Shown here in pieces: positions 13,895-64,000 of a stretch of DNA of 64,000 bases. How positions within the stretch are numbered: the first letter of the stretch is position 1; each line of letters opens with the position of its first letter. Made by a program: the position numbers and the translations under genes. Below the pieces are notes generated by a model that was not told the DNA's origin, made no database searches, and saw only the letters and a program-made list of their open reading frames with translations. Source of the stretch: Chrysomallon squamiferum (lineage: Eukaryota > Animalia > Mollusca); the NCBI GenBank assembly GCA_012295275.1, contig CM022670.1:7316001-7380000 (forward strand), given 5' to 3'.

Positions 13895-14500
13895 TAAATA
13901 GGTCATAGATTGTAAAACTTTAACTAAGTACATCATACATTGTAAAATATAAACTAAGTACGTCATACATTGTAAAACATAAACTAAGTGAGTCTTATAT
14001 TGTAAGACATAGACTAAGAACGTCTTACATATGTGAAACATAAACTAATTACATCATACTTTGTAAAACATAAACCAAATACGTTTAACATTGTAAAATA
14101 TAAACTGAGTCATTGTACACGGTAAAGCATAAACTAAATACGTCAACAAAGTACGTAAAACATAAAGTAAATACATCTTACATTGTAAAAAATAAACTAT
14201 GTACATCATGCATTGTAAAACATCAACTGAGTACGTCACACATTGAGAAATATAAACTAAGTACGTCATACATTGTAAAACATAAACTAAATGCGCTATA
14301 GATTGTAAAAAATAAACTAATCACGTCATAGATTGTAAAAAATAAACTAATTACGTCATACATTGTAAAACTTAAACAGAGTACATCTTACATTGTAAAA
14401 CATAAACTAAGTACGTCCTTCATTGTAAAACATAAACTAAACATGCCATGCATTGTAAAACATAAGCTAAGTGCGTCTTACATTGTAAAACATAAACGAA
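13895..14500. repeat. 30-bp minisatellite, ~20 units, consensus AAACTAAGTACGTCATACATTGTAAAACAT
   Basis: Directly visible head-to-tail units without spacers, between the divergent EMC7 and TEP-A starts. Confidence 0.92.
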
Positions 14501-14764
14501 ATAACTTATTATGTTAATAACATTAATAACAATTGAAACCCTTAACAACGACCGATATTGCTTTGTTTTATAATTATTTCTTTATGTACAAAATTTCCCC
14601 TTTTCACTGGAAACTCGGGTCTGTTGGCTCAAATCATGGCACAAACAGCGTGATTCAGTATCGTTTGAACCTGTTTGGTCTCCTCACGTTTGAATTTCTT
14701 TTTTCTTCTTTTTCTTTCTTTTTCTTAATTACAACAACAACAACAACGACAACAACAACATCAG

Positions 14765-14829
<65 letters not shown>

Positions 14830-15300
14830 GTAGTAGTCTTTATCGTCGTTTTCATAATTATTATTATTTTACTTGTAAAATTTTATTGATTCATCAATTA
14901 TCGTCATCATTATCGTTGTTGTTGCTGTTGTTGTTGTTATTATTATTATTATTTTAAAATATAAACTATGTAAAGAACTGTTTTGTAAATAAAACAATAG
15001 CTGAAAATAAAATAAAAACAAACTATTGTCAGAAACCCTTTGGCTACAAATAAAATAATATTACTTGAAATGCAAAAACATTTATTGATTAAAATGCCTG
15101 TACTGTTTTAAAGAATTTGCTAAAAGTAAAATAAAAAAATAATAAAATGAATTTATTTTACATATATTTCAAGAGAAAGTAATAAAATGTGACGTTTATC
15201 TTATTTTTATCGCATTTTATTTTTAATAGCCTGTGTCAATGATCAGCAAATATGTTTTTATTCGAGTATTTGCATTTCAAAATAATGTGCAAAAACTCAT

Positions 15301-15373
<73 letters not shown>

Positions 15374-15443
15374 CATACTTTCAGTTATCAACTTTTTATC
15401 ATCTTGAATAAATTAGATTCTGAAAACACAAATAACCCTTTTT

Positions 15444-15518
15444 TATTATTACGCATATACACTGGAAACAAGTTTATTGTTAATACCCAAACAATATCTA
15501 GAGGTCAAAAAAAGAAAA

Positions 15519-15550
<32 letters not shown>

Positions 15551-16596
15551 TAATAATAACAGTAAACAAATTTGAATAAGTAAAATAAATATTAATAATA
15601 ATAAACATCTCCAAAAGTAAATACAGTATTCCCTCGCTATTCGCGGGGGTTACGTTCTTTACCCCCCCGCGAATAGCGAAAAACCGCGAATATTGGATGC
15701 AGTTTTAAAACGTCTATTATGAGATTATATATATGGTACTAAATGCTTCCCAAACATTTTCTAAAGACACTCTTACTCATTAATACAGTAATAATGTAGT
15801 AATATTGCATGCAGTTATGTATTTCACTAATGTAGTAATGATAATGTAAACACATTTTAATTTTGTACTGAAACAATATTTTAATCAGAAAGAAACGTAA
15901 GTACATGAGGACAGTAACACCGCATAGCATAGTTACCCATACAGTATTACTGCACCGTAAAGTCATTTTCTATGCGTACAACATATGTATTAGAATTGAC
16001 AGAAAGTGGAACAAATTTAAAGGCAAAACAGACAGATAAATACAGTACGCACAGTTCAGGTAATAATATGCAATTAAACACATTATTAATACACGGTCAC
16101 AAAAAATATGCACTGTATATACAGTGTATGCATTTATAAAAAAAATACGTACTGTATTGCAATAATAACTGAAAAAATTTGATATTGTTTGTGCGGTTTA
16201 CCGAGCATTTGTTTTTATGACGTTATGACGCTAGCCTGGTATACCAGCATACGATGCGATAGGGTTAAGAGCCTAACCCGCGAATATGCGGGGCCGCGAA
16301 TGGGGAACCGCGTATAGGTGAGGGTATACTGTAAATCAAAACAGTATTAATACCGAAGAAGGAAAGACGAGAATTTTGAAAATGTAATTCTATAAATCTA
16401 TTTGAATTAAGATAAATGAATAATACACTCATTTATAATAATAAAAGAAATATGCCCTAGCAAACTAAATTTTAATATTTTTAAAATAAATCAATTCAGC
16501 TGACATGAAAAAAACCGTCCACTCATTTTACTATTCTCTTTATTTTCATTTGATCAAATTATTATTATTTTTTTTTGTTATCTTTTCTTTTAATAC
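15444..16596 (+). repeat. Dispersed copy of ~380 bp found downstream of the EMC7 stop (9911-10297), interrupted by a MITE
   Basis: Colinear matches include CTGGAAACAAGTTTATTGTTAATACCCAAACAA, ATAAACATCTCCAAAAG, AAATCAAAACAGTATTAATAC, CAAACTAAATTTTAATATTTTTAAAATAAAT and ATCTTTTCTTTTAATAC. Confidence 0.92.
15624..16331. mobile_element. Non-autonomous Tc1/mariner-superfamily MITE (pogo/Tigger-like), 708 bp
   Basis: TA target duplication at 15622-15623 and 16332-16333. Imperfect ~24-bp TIRs CAGTATTCCCTCGCTATTCGCGG / CCGCGTATAGGTGAGGGTATACTG, with subterminal CCGCGAAT repeats. The empty site (single TA) is at 10014-10015. Confidence 0.92.
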
Positions 16597-16694
16597 TTCA
16601 TAATTCTGGAAACTAGCGAAAGTACCGCACATATGTCTGTCAGTGCCGGGAATACACCAATATTTCTCACAACATAACAGCCAACGCATCCGAC

Positions 16695-16764
16695 ACGGGA
16701 TATACAAAAAGTTGGAATCGCCGAAACGAAGTTTAGTGAGAAACAAGTTGAAGTTATGTCAACC

Positions 16765-16769
<5 letters not shown>
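16695..16769 (+). promoter_or_regulatory. TEP-A core promoter and exon 1 (TATA-like TATACAAAAA, Inr-like TTAGT, ATG AG|gt)
   Basis: TATA-like element at 16701, TTAGT at 16733-16737, ATG at 16765. Homologous to 41785-41858. Confidence 0.6.
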
Positions 16770-35522
<18,753 letters not shown>

Positions 35523-36431
35523 AATAAAATAAAAATAAAAATAAAATAACATTCCGTATTGTTTTAACGCTACCCAGTTGCTTCAGTACGAAACTATCTT
35601 TCAGTAATAGAAGGATATCTCTCTGTTACACACTGCAAACAGTTTTAAAAGATTTAAATCACCATATGATGAAAAACCCGTGCAATATTCATACAGAAAA
35701 GCAGTAATTTGATAATATTTATAGACATTTTAAAAACTTATTTGCTTGTTTGCTTGTTTATTTATTTATTTATTTAATTTCTTTTTTTTTTTTTTTTTTG
35801 GTTTTTCTGTTTGTTTGTTTGCTAATTAATTTGTGTTTTGTTTTTTCAAAAACTCTCAAGTGTAATTTTTGACGAATATGAAACAGTATCTCTGTTGAGA
35901 CTTAAAATTAATATTACTTTGTATAATGAAAATAATCTCTTATTCTAAAATAATATGTTATCAAGAATACATATAGCAATTTCTCGTTGTTGTACTTTTC
36001 TGTGGTTGACATGAGTGGGTGTGTCTGTGTGAGTATATGTGTATATGTGTGTCTTGAAAAAGGTGAGTATTTAATAGAGAAAGAACAATAAAATGTAATA
36101 TGAAATATACATAAAACAACCATTTCTGATTATTTACCTGTCCATTTCTAATGCTCACCATAATTTATGTTTACTTGACAATCTTTGCATATTAAGATAA
36201 AATTTTATATTACTCAACAGAGCTAACAGCAACACTGAAAGAGTATCCAGGGTAGAGAGGAGCAAATAATGATTAAATTCATAAAACATATTCTAGCAAA
36301 GTGGAGTACAAAAAAAATATTTTGGCATGAAAATGTGTAAAAGTGATGTAATGAAGTAAAAGCTGATGTCATTAAAAGCATTTAAATGCACAACTGTAAT
36401 ACCTATAAGAAGTTTATAGATTTGTTCTAAG

Positions 36432-36437
36432 AATAAA
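36432..36437 (+). terminator. Candidate poly(A) signal of TEP-A
   Basis: AATAAA followed by GTATTTATTGT, conserved in copy B (63448-63453). Paralog similarity stops just after it. Confidence 0.45.
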
Positions 36438-36518
36438 GTATTTATTGTAAATCCCAAATCATATTACTAATGTTTATAAAATTTTGAAAAACATATTATA
36501 TTTGCTTTTAATACATAC

Positions 36519-36725
36519 ACTAAGTACGTCATAGATTATGAAACATAAACTAAGTACGTCTTACACGGTAAAACATAACATTAGTACGTCACACATTGTA
36601 AAACATTGACTAAGTACATCTTATACTGTAAAACATAAACTGATTACGTCATACATTGTAAAACATAAACTAAGTACGTCATACATAGTGAAGTATAAAC
36701 TAAGTACATAGTACATTGTAAAATA
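36519..36725. repeat. 30-bp minisatellite, ~7 units, same family as 13895-14500
   Basis: TAAGTACGTCATACATTGTAAAACATAAAC units. Confidence 0.9.
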
Positions 36726-36911
36726 TAACTTAATATGTTAACATTAATTTGAAGAAAGTATACAGGCATTTACTGTAGCGAAAATGATTTGTTTATATTT
36801 ATATTGGTGCATTATAAAGAGTTATAGCCCTTCCATAAATCGGCATCATTTTGATAGATAGTATATAATATATTATTGTCTTATTTAAATCGCGCGATCA
36901 AATCTCGTTTA

Positions 36912-37021
36912 TATTGTGTATACTGCAAAAGCTATATGCATGTAGATAGAGAGAGAGATATTCTTAGAAATTGTTCTGCAAAAAATTCTTATCAATTAGA
37001 ATGAAATTCACTCTATTTTAA
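36912..37021 (+). repeat. 110-bp direct repeat, copy 1 (copy 2 at 38418-38527)
   Basis: TATTGTGTATACTGCAAAAGCTATATGCATGTAGATAGA...ACTCTATTTTAA occurs twice with few mismatches. Confidence 0.93.
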
Positions 37022-37650
37022 CTTTTACTTATTATATTTCTTCTCTTTTTAATTTATTTAATTATTTTATTTTATTTATTTATTTATGATCATTGTCATC
37101 GTCATCATCATCATCATCATCATTATTATTTTGTTATTGCACTTTTTGAGAGGATATAACTAAAAACTATTTCATAAGAATGTTAAAGCCGTTTACTTGC
37201 CATATATTATGATTCAGAAAAAAAAAAAAAACATCGCTAACGTCGATTACAGATATCTGCATGAATAATTATTATAAAAAATATTGCACATCATCTAACA
37301 CGTATCTGAATAGAGACTGCATATACAGATATTATTTTTTGTTTTAAATGTTTGCCACACTTTTATTTTTTTAACTGCAAATAGATTATTTTAAAATTGC
37401 AATGCTTCACCTGGTAAAAGTTAATAAATTATTTTTCTCTGTACGTGATAAAATTTGTTGTTGATTTGTTTTATTTAAGGAGTGGTTGTTATTGTCACGT
37501 TTCATTTGCCTGATTTTTAAATTATTTAAATTTTTTATTTTGTTAATGGTTATCGTTGCAACTTGTATCTGATTTGGGATGAGTGGGAGCTAGGTACAAA
37601 CATATTCTTAAATTAATATACTTTTTTTTTATTGGAATTTATTTCAAATT

Positions 37651-37699
<49 letters not shown>

Positions 37700-37701
<2 letters not shown>

Positions 37702-38935
37702 CTCAAATAATAAATAAAAACTGTAAATAACTGTTGCTTCCAAATAAAATAAAGCGATAAAACTTGATAATATGTTAGCAGCATACGCCCTGTCGCTTTG
37801 GGTAATGAAAAGAACACCATTTGTCATACCCCACGCCGCTATGTGTACTGCACGTGCAAATGCAGTGCGCTCGTGCTGTCGCAGAAGCGCATGCAATAAG
37901 AATATATTGAAATCACTGAACCAGCATTATCCAAAAACAAAGCAACAATTTATTCTGTTACAATAGGTCTCCGTCCAGGCTTAATGGAAAATTAACGCTC
38001 AGTATTTTTGTGTTCATGACAGTACCACATAAGACTCCTACATCGCGTACACCAAACTGCGCAAGTGCGAGACCGACAACATTCTGGAAGATAACGATTA
38101 ACTACTCCAAGGGAAGATAGGTATTTAATGACGTCAATCGCGACGTCACAGGTTCGAAAGAGCTCCACGTTTAGCCCGTATTTTGAAGAAAACCTCAGAA
38201 ACTAAATTTATGCTCCAACTGTCCGTAACCGGGTCCATGCTGCTGAATTACAAGCAAGTCGCCCTGTTGTAGCTGTTCCCGTGACAGCGCGTCACATTCA
38301 GGAACGTCTATGATCGACCAGAATACACCAACACTGGCGACGCAGACAATTTGATCAGATATTATTCACATACTAATCCACGTTTTGTGTTCAGTTTGCG
38401 GATGGACCATAAACCGCTATTGTGTATACTGCAAAAGCTATATGCATGTAGATAGATAGAGAGATATTCTTAGAAATTGTGCTGTAAAAGATTTTTATCA
38501 ATTAGAATGAAATTTACTCTATTTTAATCCAAATGTTGAACTGGCGACTAAAGTCCTCTGACTGAGAATGCATGGGACCTACTGGGCCGTAGAATATGCG
38601 AAAACCATCCTCGTGTCATTAATTGCTCTGAGCCGGGAATGGAACGCAATTACTATTCTTGAGATTCATGCTCTCATTAGAAGAATGAGACAATGATGTA
38701 CTGCTGTCATCAGTACACAGACACTACTGAGCCTATCTCACCATTTTGGTAGAAGTACCCTTCCGTTCTAACTGTAGACATTAAAGTAACGACGTTGATA
38801 CCGTGACAACGTGTTACTGCTGGCTACATTCAGAAATGCTCTATCAAGGAGAAAAATTGTTCAAATAAATTTAACATCGAATCAGATTGTCTCTATTTCA
38901 TATCTTGTACATATCTAAACTTATTTGGCACAACA
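37700..38935 (+). mobile_element. Decayed Tc1-family DNA transposon (transposase pseudogene ~37995-38720, catalytic core deleted)
   Basis: Translation across stops and frameshifts: AQYFCVHDST/RLLHRVHQTAQVRDRQHSGR*RLTTPREDRYL/RRHRF../TVRNRVHAAELQASRP..HQHWRRRQFDQILFTY*STFCVQFADG [filler] IQMLNW../SP..ENAWDLLGRRI/ALSREWNAI..IHALIRRMRQ*CTAVI. This matches the Tc1 motifs RSGRP, TVRNRL, VLFTDESRF and WP..SPDLNPIE..W. Element ends are approximate and TIRs were not identified. Confidence 0.85.
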
Positions 38936-38976
38936 CACACACAAACACACACACACACACACACACAAAAACCACC

Positions 38977-39028
<52 letters not shown>

Positions 39029-39479
39029 CAAAACAAATATAATAATAAAAATAATAAAACAATAAAAATAAATATATGCAAATAAATAAATATAAAGTAT
39101 CTATTAATGTGTAATTTATGACGATATCCTGTCTTACCATTTATTTTTTTGTTTGTGATTACCTGCAGGTCAGCTTGGTCTGTTTGACGTAGACGTGACC
39201 ATTCACACGATCCATCTCCCTCGGCACTCCAAGCTTCCATACTTAAACCTTTATCATCAGCATCACCAGTTAGTTTACTCTGCATAGATTATTACTATTA
39301 GGAAGTGCTTTAAACAATATTCGCATCTGTGTCAAACATAATAAAGCTAATTACGTACTAATGGAAAGAAACAATTATGTCATACAGACGGTCTTACATA
39401 CGTTCTGCATATACACGTAATCCCTGCTCATAGAAACCCTAGCATATAAAAAACACACAATATAAGTCATGGTGTACAG

Positions 39480-39900
39480 ATATAACATACATCTTACAGT
39501 ACAAACAACAACATGTCTATGAGAGTACAATAATAAACAACACAGTTCTTATTATCTAATAATAAACAACATATGTCTTGCACTGTAATAATAAATAACG
39601 TACATCTTACACTGAAATAATAATCAGCAAACGTCTTACAATGTATTAATAAACAACAAACGTCTTACAATGTAATAATAAACACTATAAGTCTACAATG
39701 CAGAATTAAACAACATACATCTTTCAGTGTAATATTAAATCATAAGTTAGGGTAAAATAATAAACTGAGTAGATTTTACACTGTAAAATTAATTAAATAC
39801 GGCATACTTTGTGAAACATAAAGTAAGTCATACATTGAAAAATAAACTAAATACATCATACACTGTGAAACATAAACTAAGAACTTCTAAGTAAAACATA
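39480..39900. repeat. Degenerate 30-bp minisatellite, related to 13895-14500
   Basis: ~30-bp periodicity of ACGTCTTACAATGTAATAATAAAC-like units, grading into AAACATAAACTAA units. Confidence 0.7.
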
Positions 39901-40551
39901 AATTATTTATTTTTATGACCATTTCTTTAACTACTATTATTGTTGCAATTACTAATATAACTAATATAATATAAGAAACAAGAAATACTACTGCTCTTAC
40001 AACTGCTACTACGTCTACTACTACTATTGTTTTTTGTAACGTCATTATCGTCATCTAACTATGTGTTATTTGATTTTTTCATCATCATCATTGTCGTTAT
40101 GTAGTTGTTGTTTTGGTTCTTCTCATTATTATTATTATTATCATTATTATTATTATTTTAAAACTTTTGCCTGAGACTCCGAGAAACAAATAAAACGTAT
40201 TGTACGTCAACCAATAGCAGAAAAGAAATTAAAAATAAACATTATGGAGAAATACGATATACTGTTATCAGAAACCCTTTGGCTACCAATAAAATAATAT
40301 TACTTCAAATGCAGAAATATGTTTGTTTGTTTTTACCTCTTTGTATTTAAGTTTGCCAAAAAAAAAAAAAAAAAAATGCTGCCTCTATTTTACATACATT
40401 TCACGTAAAAGTAATAACATTTGATATTATCTTGTTTTATGGAAATTATCGCATGATTTTAATAGCCCTGTGTGGAAGGATGGCAGCAAAGACGATTATA
40501 CTCATGTAATTTCATTTTAAAAAAATATGCAAAAAAGACATGGGTAGAGAT

Positions 40552-40582
<31 letters not shown>

Positions 40583-41784
40583 TAAGTGGTAAGTTGTAAG
40601 TGACATTAAACATGGACACAAAAGTAAGACTGTACTGAGTTGATGTAGATCGAGTGTTCACAGATCGCTGCACTGTGAAAATAAACATTATCGTGTAGTC
40701 TACGAGGAAACAGTCACCGAAGCTGCTAACTTTTAGTTAGTAACAACAACACCAACAAATACAAAAATAAATAAATAAATAAAGAATGCCACCAGATGCA
40801 TTCCTTTTGAAATAGCCGCTGGGTTAACTCAAGTTGCAAATACTAATCCAGAAAAAGAAATTATTAAAATATTTAGTATCTGAATAATGACGATACGAAA
40901 AGAAAAGAAAGAAAAACAAAAAACAAAACAAAAATCCCAACGGAAAGTGATATGACATTTGTATAGAAAAGTGGAGATCTGTTAGAAAAGGGAAATAGAG
41001 ATTAAAAACATTTTAGAAAATCAATCTGGTTGAATAATTTCTTTTGCACTGTCTTTCTTTCGTTATTCTTCAATTCAGTCGTTCATTCAATTATTCTTTT
41101 ACTGATTTATTAATTGATTTATTCACTTATTCATTAATTAATTAGTTAATTCATTCATTCCTGAAATTATAATACCATGTTCTTCATTTAGTACAACAGA
41201 GGTGTGGGTTATACCAACATAGCGCATACGCCTTTACAGAATATTTAAATATTTATTTAAGTGTATTTACATAATGAAAGTAGGCGTCCGTAGGTGAAAT
41301 AAATTATATAAAACACTAACACAAGAATAAACATTTTGAACTGTCATTCACCTAGAAATAGTTAATGTCCAATTAAAGTGAATTTGAAGACAGGCATCTA
41401 CATATATTTTGATATTAGATGCAAATCTTTCGTATGATTGTTTTATAATGATAATAAGATAAAGGATGCTCGGAGCTAATTTGTATTATCATAATTATTA
41501 AAAGTCAAATTCTATTGGCTGGTTAGTTTCCTTGTGTTATCTTTACCAATTTAATCCAGTGAAGCGTGAATGACAAACTGCAACACGGTGATACACTTTA
41601 TCTTTATTCCCTATTAAGAGACAAATAATACGTGCATATGCATTATTTAAAAAAAGATATTAAAATAAGTGCCACATTTCATAACGCTGTAAACAAGCGA
41701 ATATGGCGTCTACATCATCATACATCCCTGAGATCCGGTTATACGCCCACCTTTCTCACAGTGTCAAAGGCGACGCATCCGGAA

Positions 41785-41853
41785 CGGGATATATAAAAAG
41801 TTGGAATCGCCCAAACGAAGGTTAGTGACAAACAAGTTGAAGTTGTGTCAACC

Positions 41854-41858
<5 letters not shown>
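41785..41858 (+). promoter_or_regulatory. TEP-B core promoter and exon 1 (canonical TATATAAAA, Inr-like TTAGT, ATG AG|gt)
   Basis: TATATAAAAAG at 41790, TTAGT at 41822-41826, ATG at 41854. Confidence 0.65.
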
Positions 41859-62407
<20,549 letters not shown>

Positions 62408-63023
62408 ATATATTTCAGTAACAGAACAATACCTCTCTGTTACACACTGCAAACAGTTTTAAAAGGTTTTAAATGTCTTTAACATGATTACCGACAGTGT
62501 ATTTTAAATTAGGAAATACTATCCTTATCATATGAGACTGGGTTCTGTCATTCCATGAATGGAGAATAACTGAGACATTCCTATTTATGTTATTATGTGA
62601 CTTTAACACTAAAGATCTAACTAAAGTAAAATCGATCTCGTATATGAGGTATAACAATGGAATATAAAAACTTTACTGAAAAATAAAACCAGTAGATATT
62701 CATGTAAGAAAACAGTAATTGTGACAATATTTATAGCCTTTTTAATAACTGATTTTATTTCTTTTTTTATTTTATTTTTTGTTTTTTTTTTTTTTTTTTT
62801 ATTGGCTTTATTTATTTCCTTGTTTGTTTGTTTGTTATTTAGTTTGTGTTTTGTTCTTTCAGAAACACTAATGTCTAATTTTAGACGAATACGAACCGGT
62901 GACTCCACAGAGACTTTTAAAATTAATGTTACTTTTTATAATGAAAATATTGTCTTATTTTAAAATAATATGTTATTAAAAATACAAATACCGAATTCTC
63001 GTTGTTATACTTTTCTGTGGTTG

Positions 63024-63074
<51 letters not shown>

Positions 63075-63447
63075 AAAAAAGGTAAGTGGTTAATACAGAA
63101 AGAGCAACAAAATGTAATATGAAATAAACACAAACCAGCCATTTTTGATTAATTACCTGTCCATTTTTAATGCTTACCATAAGTTATGTTTACTTGAGAA
63201 TCCTTGCATACTGAGACAAAATTTAACATTACTCAACAGAGCTAACAGCAACACTGAAAGTGTATTCAGGGTAAAGAGGAGCAAATAATCATTAAATTCA
63301 GAAAACATATTCTTGCAAAGTGAAGTACAAGAAAAATGTTTAGGCATAAAAATATATAAAAAGAATGAATAAAATCTGATGTCATTAAAAGCATTAAATA
63401 AAAATGGTAATAAATATATAAGGCTTTAAAATTTGTTCCTAACTAAG

Positions 63448-63453
63448 AATAAA
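63448..63453 (+). terminator. Candidate poly(A) signal of TEP-B
   Basis: AATAAAGTATTTATTGT, conserved with copy A. Confidence 0.45.
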
Positions 63454-64000
63454 GTATTTATTGTTATATGTATGTTACATCAATCGCAAGTAATGTACCC
63501 TTTGCTATTACAAATTTTATGACAATTAGAGAAAAATATTTTAGTTGTGTTTAAGGTGATAAAAGACGGTGACTTCAAAATAATTCATTTGCAGTGAATG
63601 TGTTCATAAAAGTATTGTGTCTTCACCTGTGATACATTTTCAAATTTAAAAAAAATATTTTCTGGTCTCCTGCCACGCATTAGCCATAAATCGACATTTC
63701 AGTATCAGGAAACAAATATATAGTATATAATAATAAAGATAAACATTCAGTATATAATAATAAGGATAAATATTTGCCTTTAATCTAAGAAATATATTTA
63801 TTATTTAGAATAATCAATATTATGAAAAAGAAACAGTTTTAAAACTTCTTACTGAATTTGTTAACAGTGTATATATTGTAAGTAAATGATGATCATTCAT
63901 ACGAATGGGAAATTCTGTAGACTGTTGCTATAAAGCTTTAAATTTTCTTTTCATATTTGTTTTGCCCCACATTTTATTCAAAATTATTTCAATATTTTTA

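Noticed and set aside
13895-14500. CRISPR-like appearance of the ~30-bp repeats
   Set aside because: Units are contiguous with no unique spacers, there are no cas genes, and the context is eukaryotic and spliced. This is a minisatellite.
16600-16700. NF-kB sites in the TEP promoters
   Set aside because: Only partial matches such as GGGAATACAC; no full GGGRNNYYCC was seen by eye.
38385-38440. Frame reading FSLRMDHKPLLCIL, resembling the Ty3/gypsy RNase H motif TDHKPL
   Set aside because: It spans the junction between the Tc1 remnant and the 110-bp filler. Another frame gives the coherent Tc1 match, and no other pol motifs are present.

Overview
AT-rich, microsatellite-dense animal genomic DNA. 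A mollusc/lophotrochozoan source is inferred from the protein families but not proven. The window holds four spliced genes: an i-type lysozyme (minus strand, 4 coding exons, unusual 44-aa C-terminal tail), EMC7 (minus strand, 4 exons, CpG-depleted body), and two tandem 36-exon thioester-containing protein genes (iTEP/CD109-like, plus strand). Both TEP copies keep GCGEQ and the catalytic His, but have near-unrelated bait regions and non-homologous proximal promoters. As assembled, both TEP copies carry frameshifts, mostly in homopolymers and possibly long-read errors; TEP-B also has an in-frame TGA in its bait exon. Other elements are a pogo/Tigger-type MITE whose empty site is visible inside the window, a decayed Tc1 transposon with templated filler DNA, and a 30-bp minisatellite at the duplication junction. 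I found no prokaryotic or CRISPR-type system. The best candidate for new biology is a diversifying innate-immune cluster. Exon coordinates were read by eye from GT-AG boundaries and paralog comparison.
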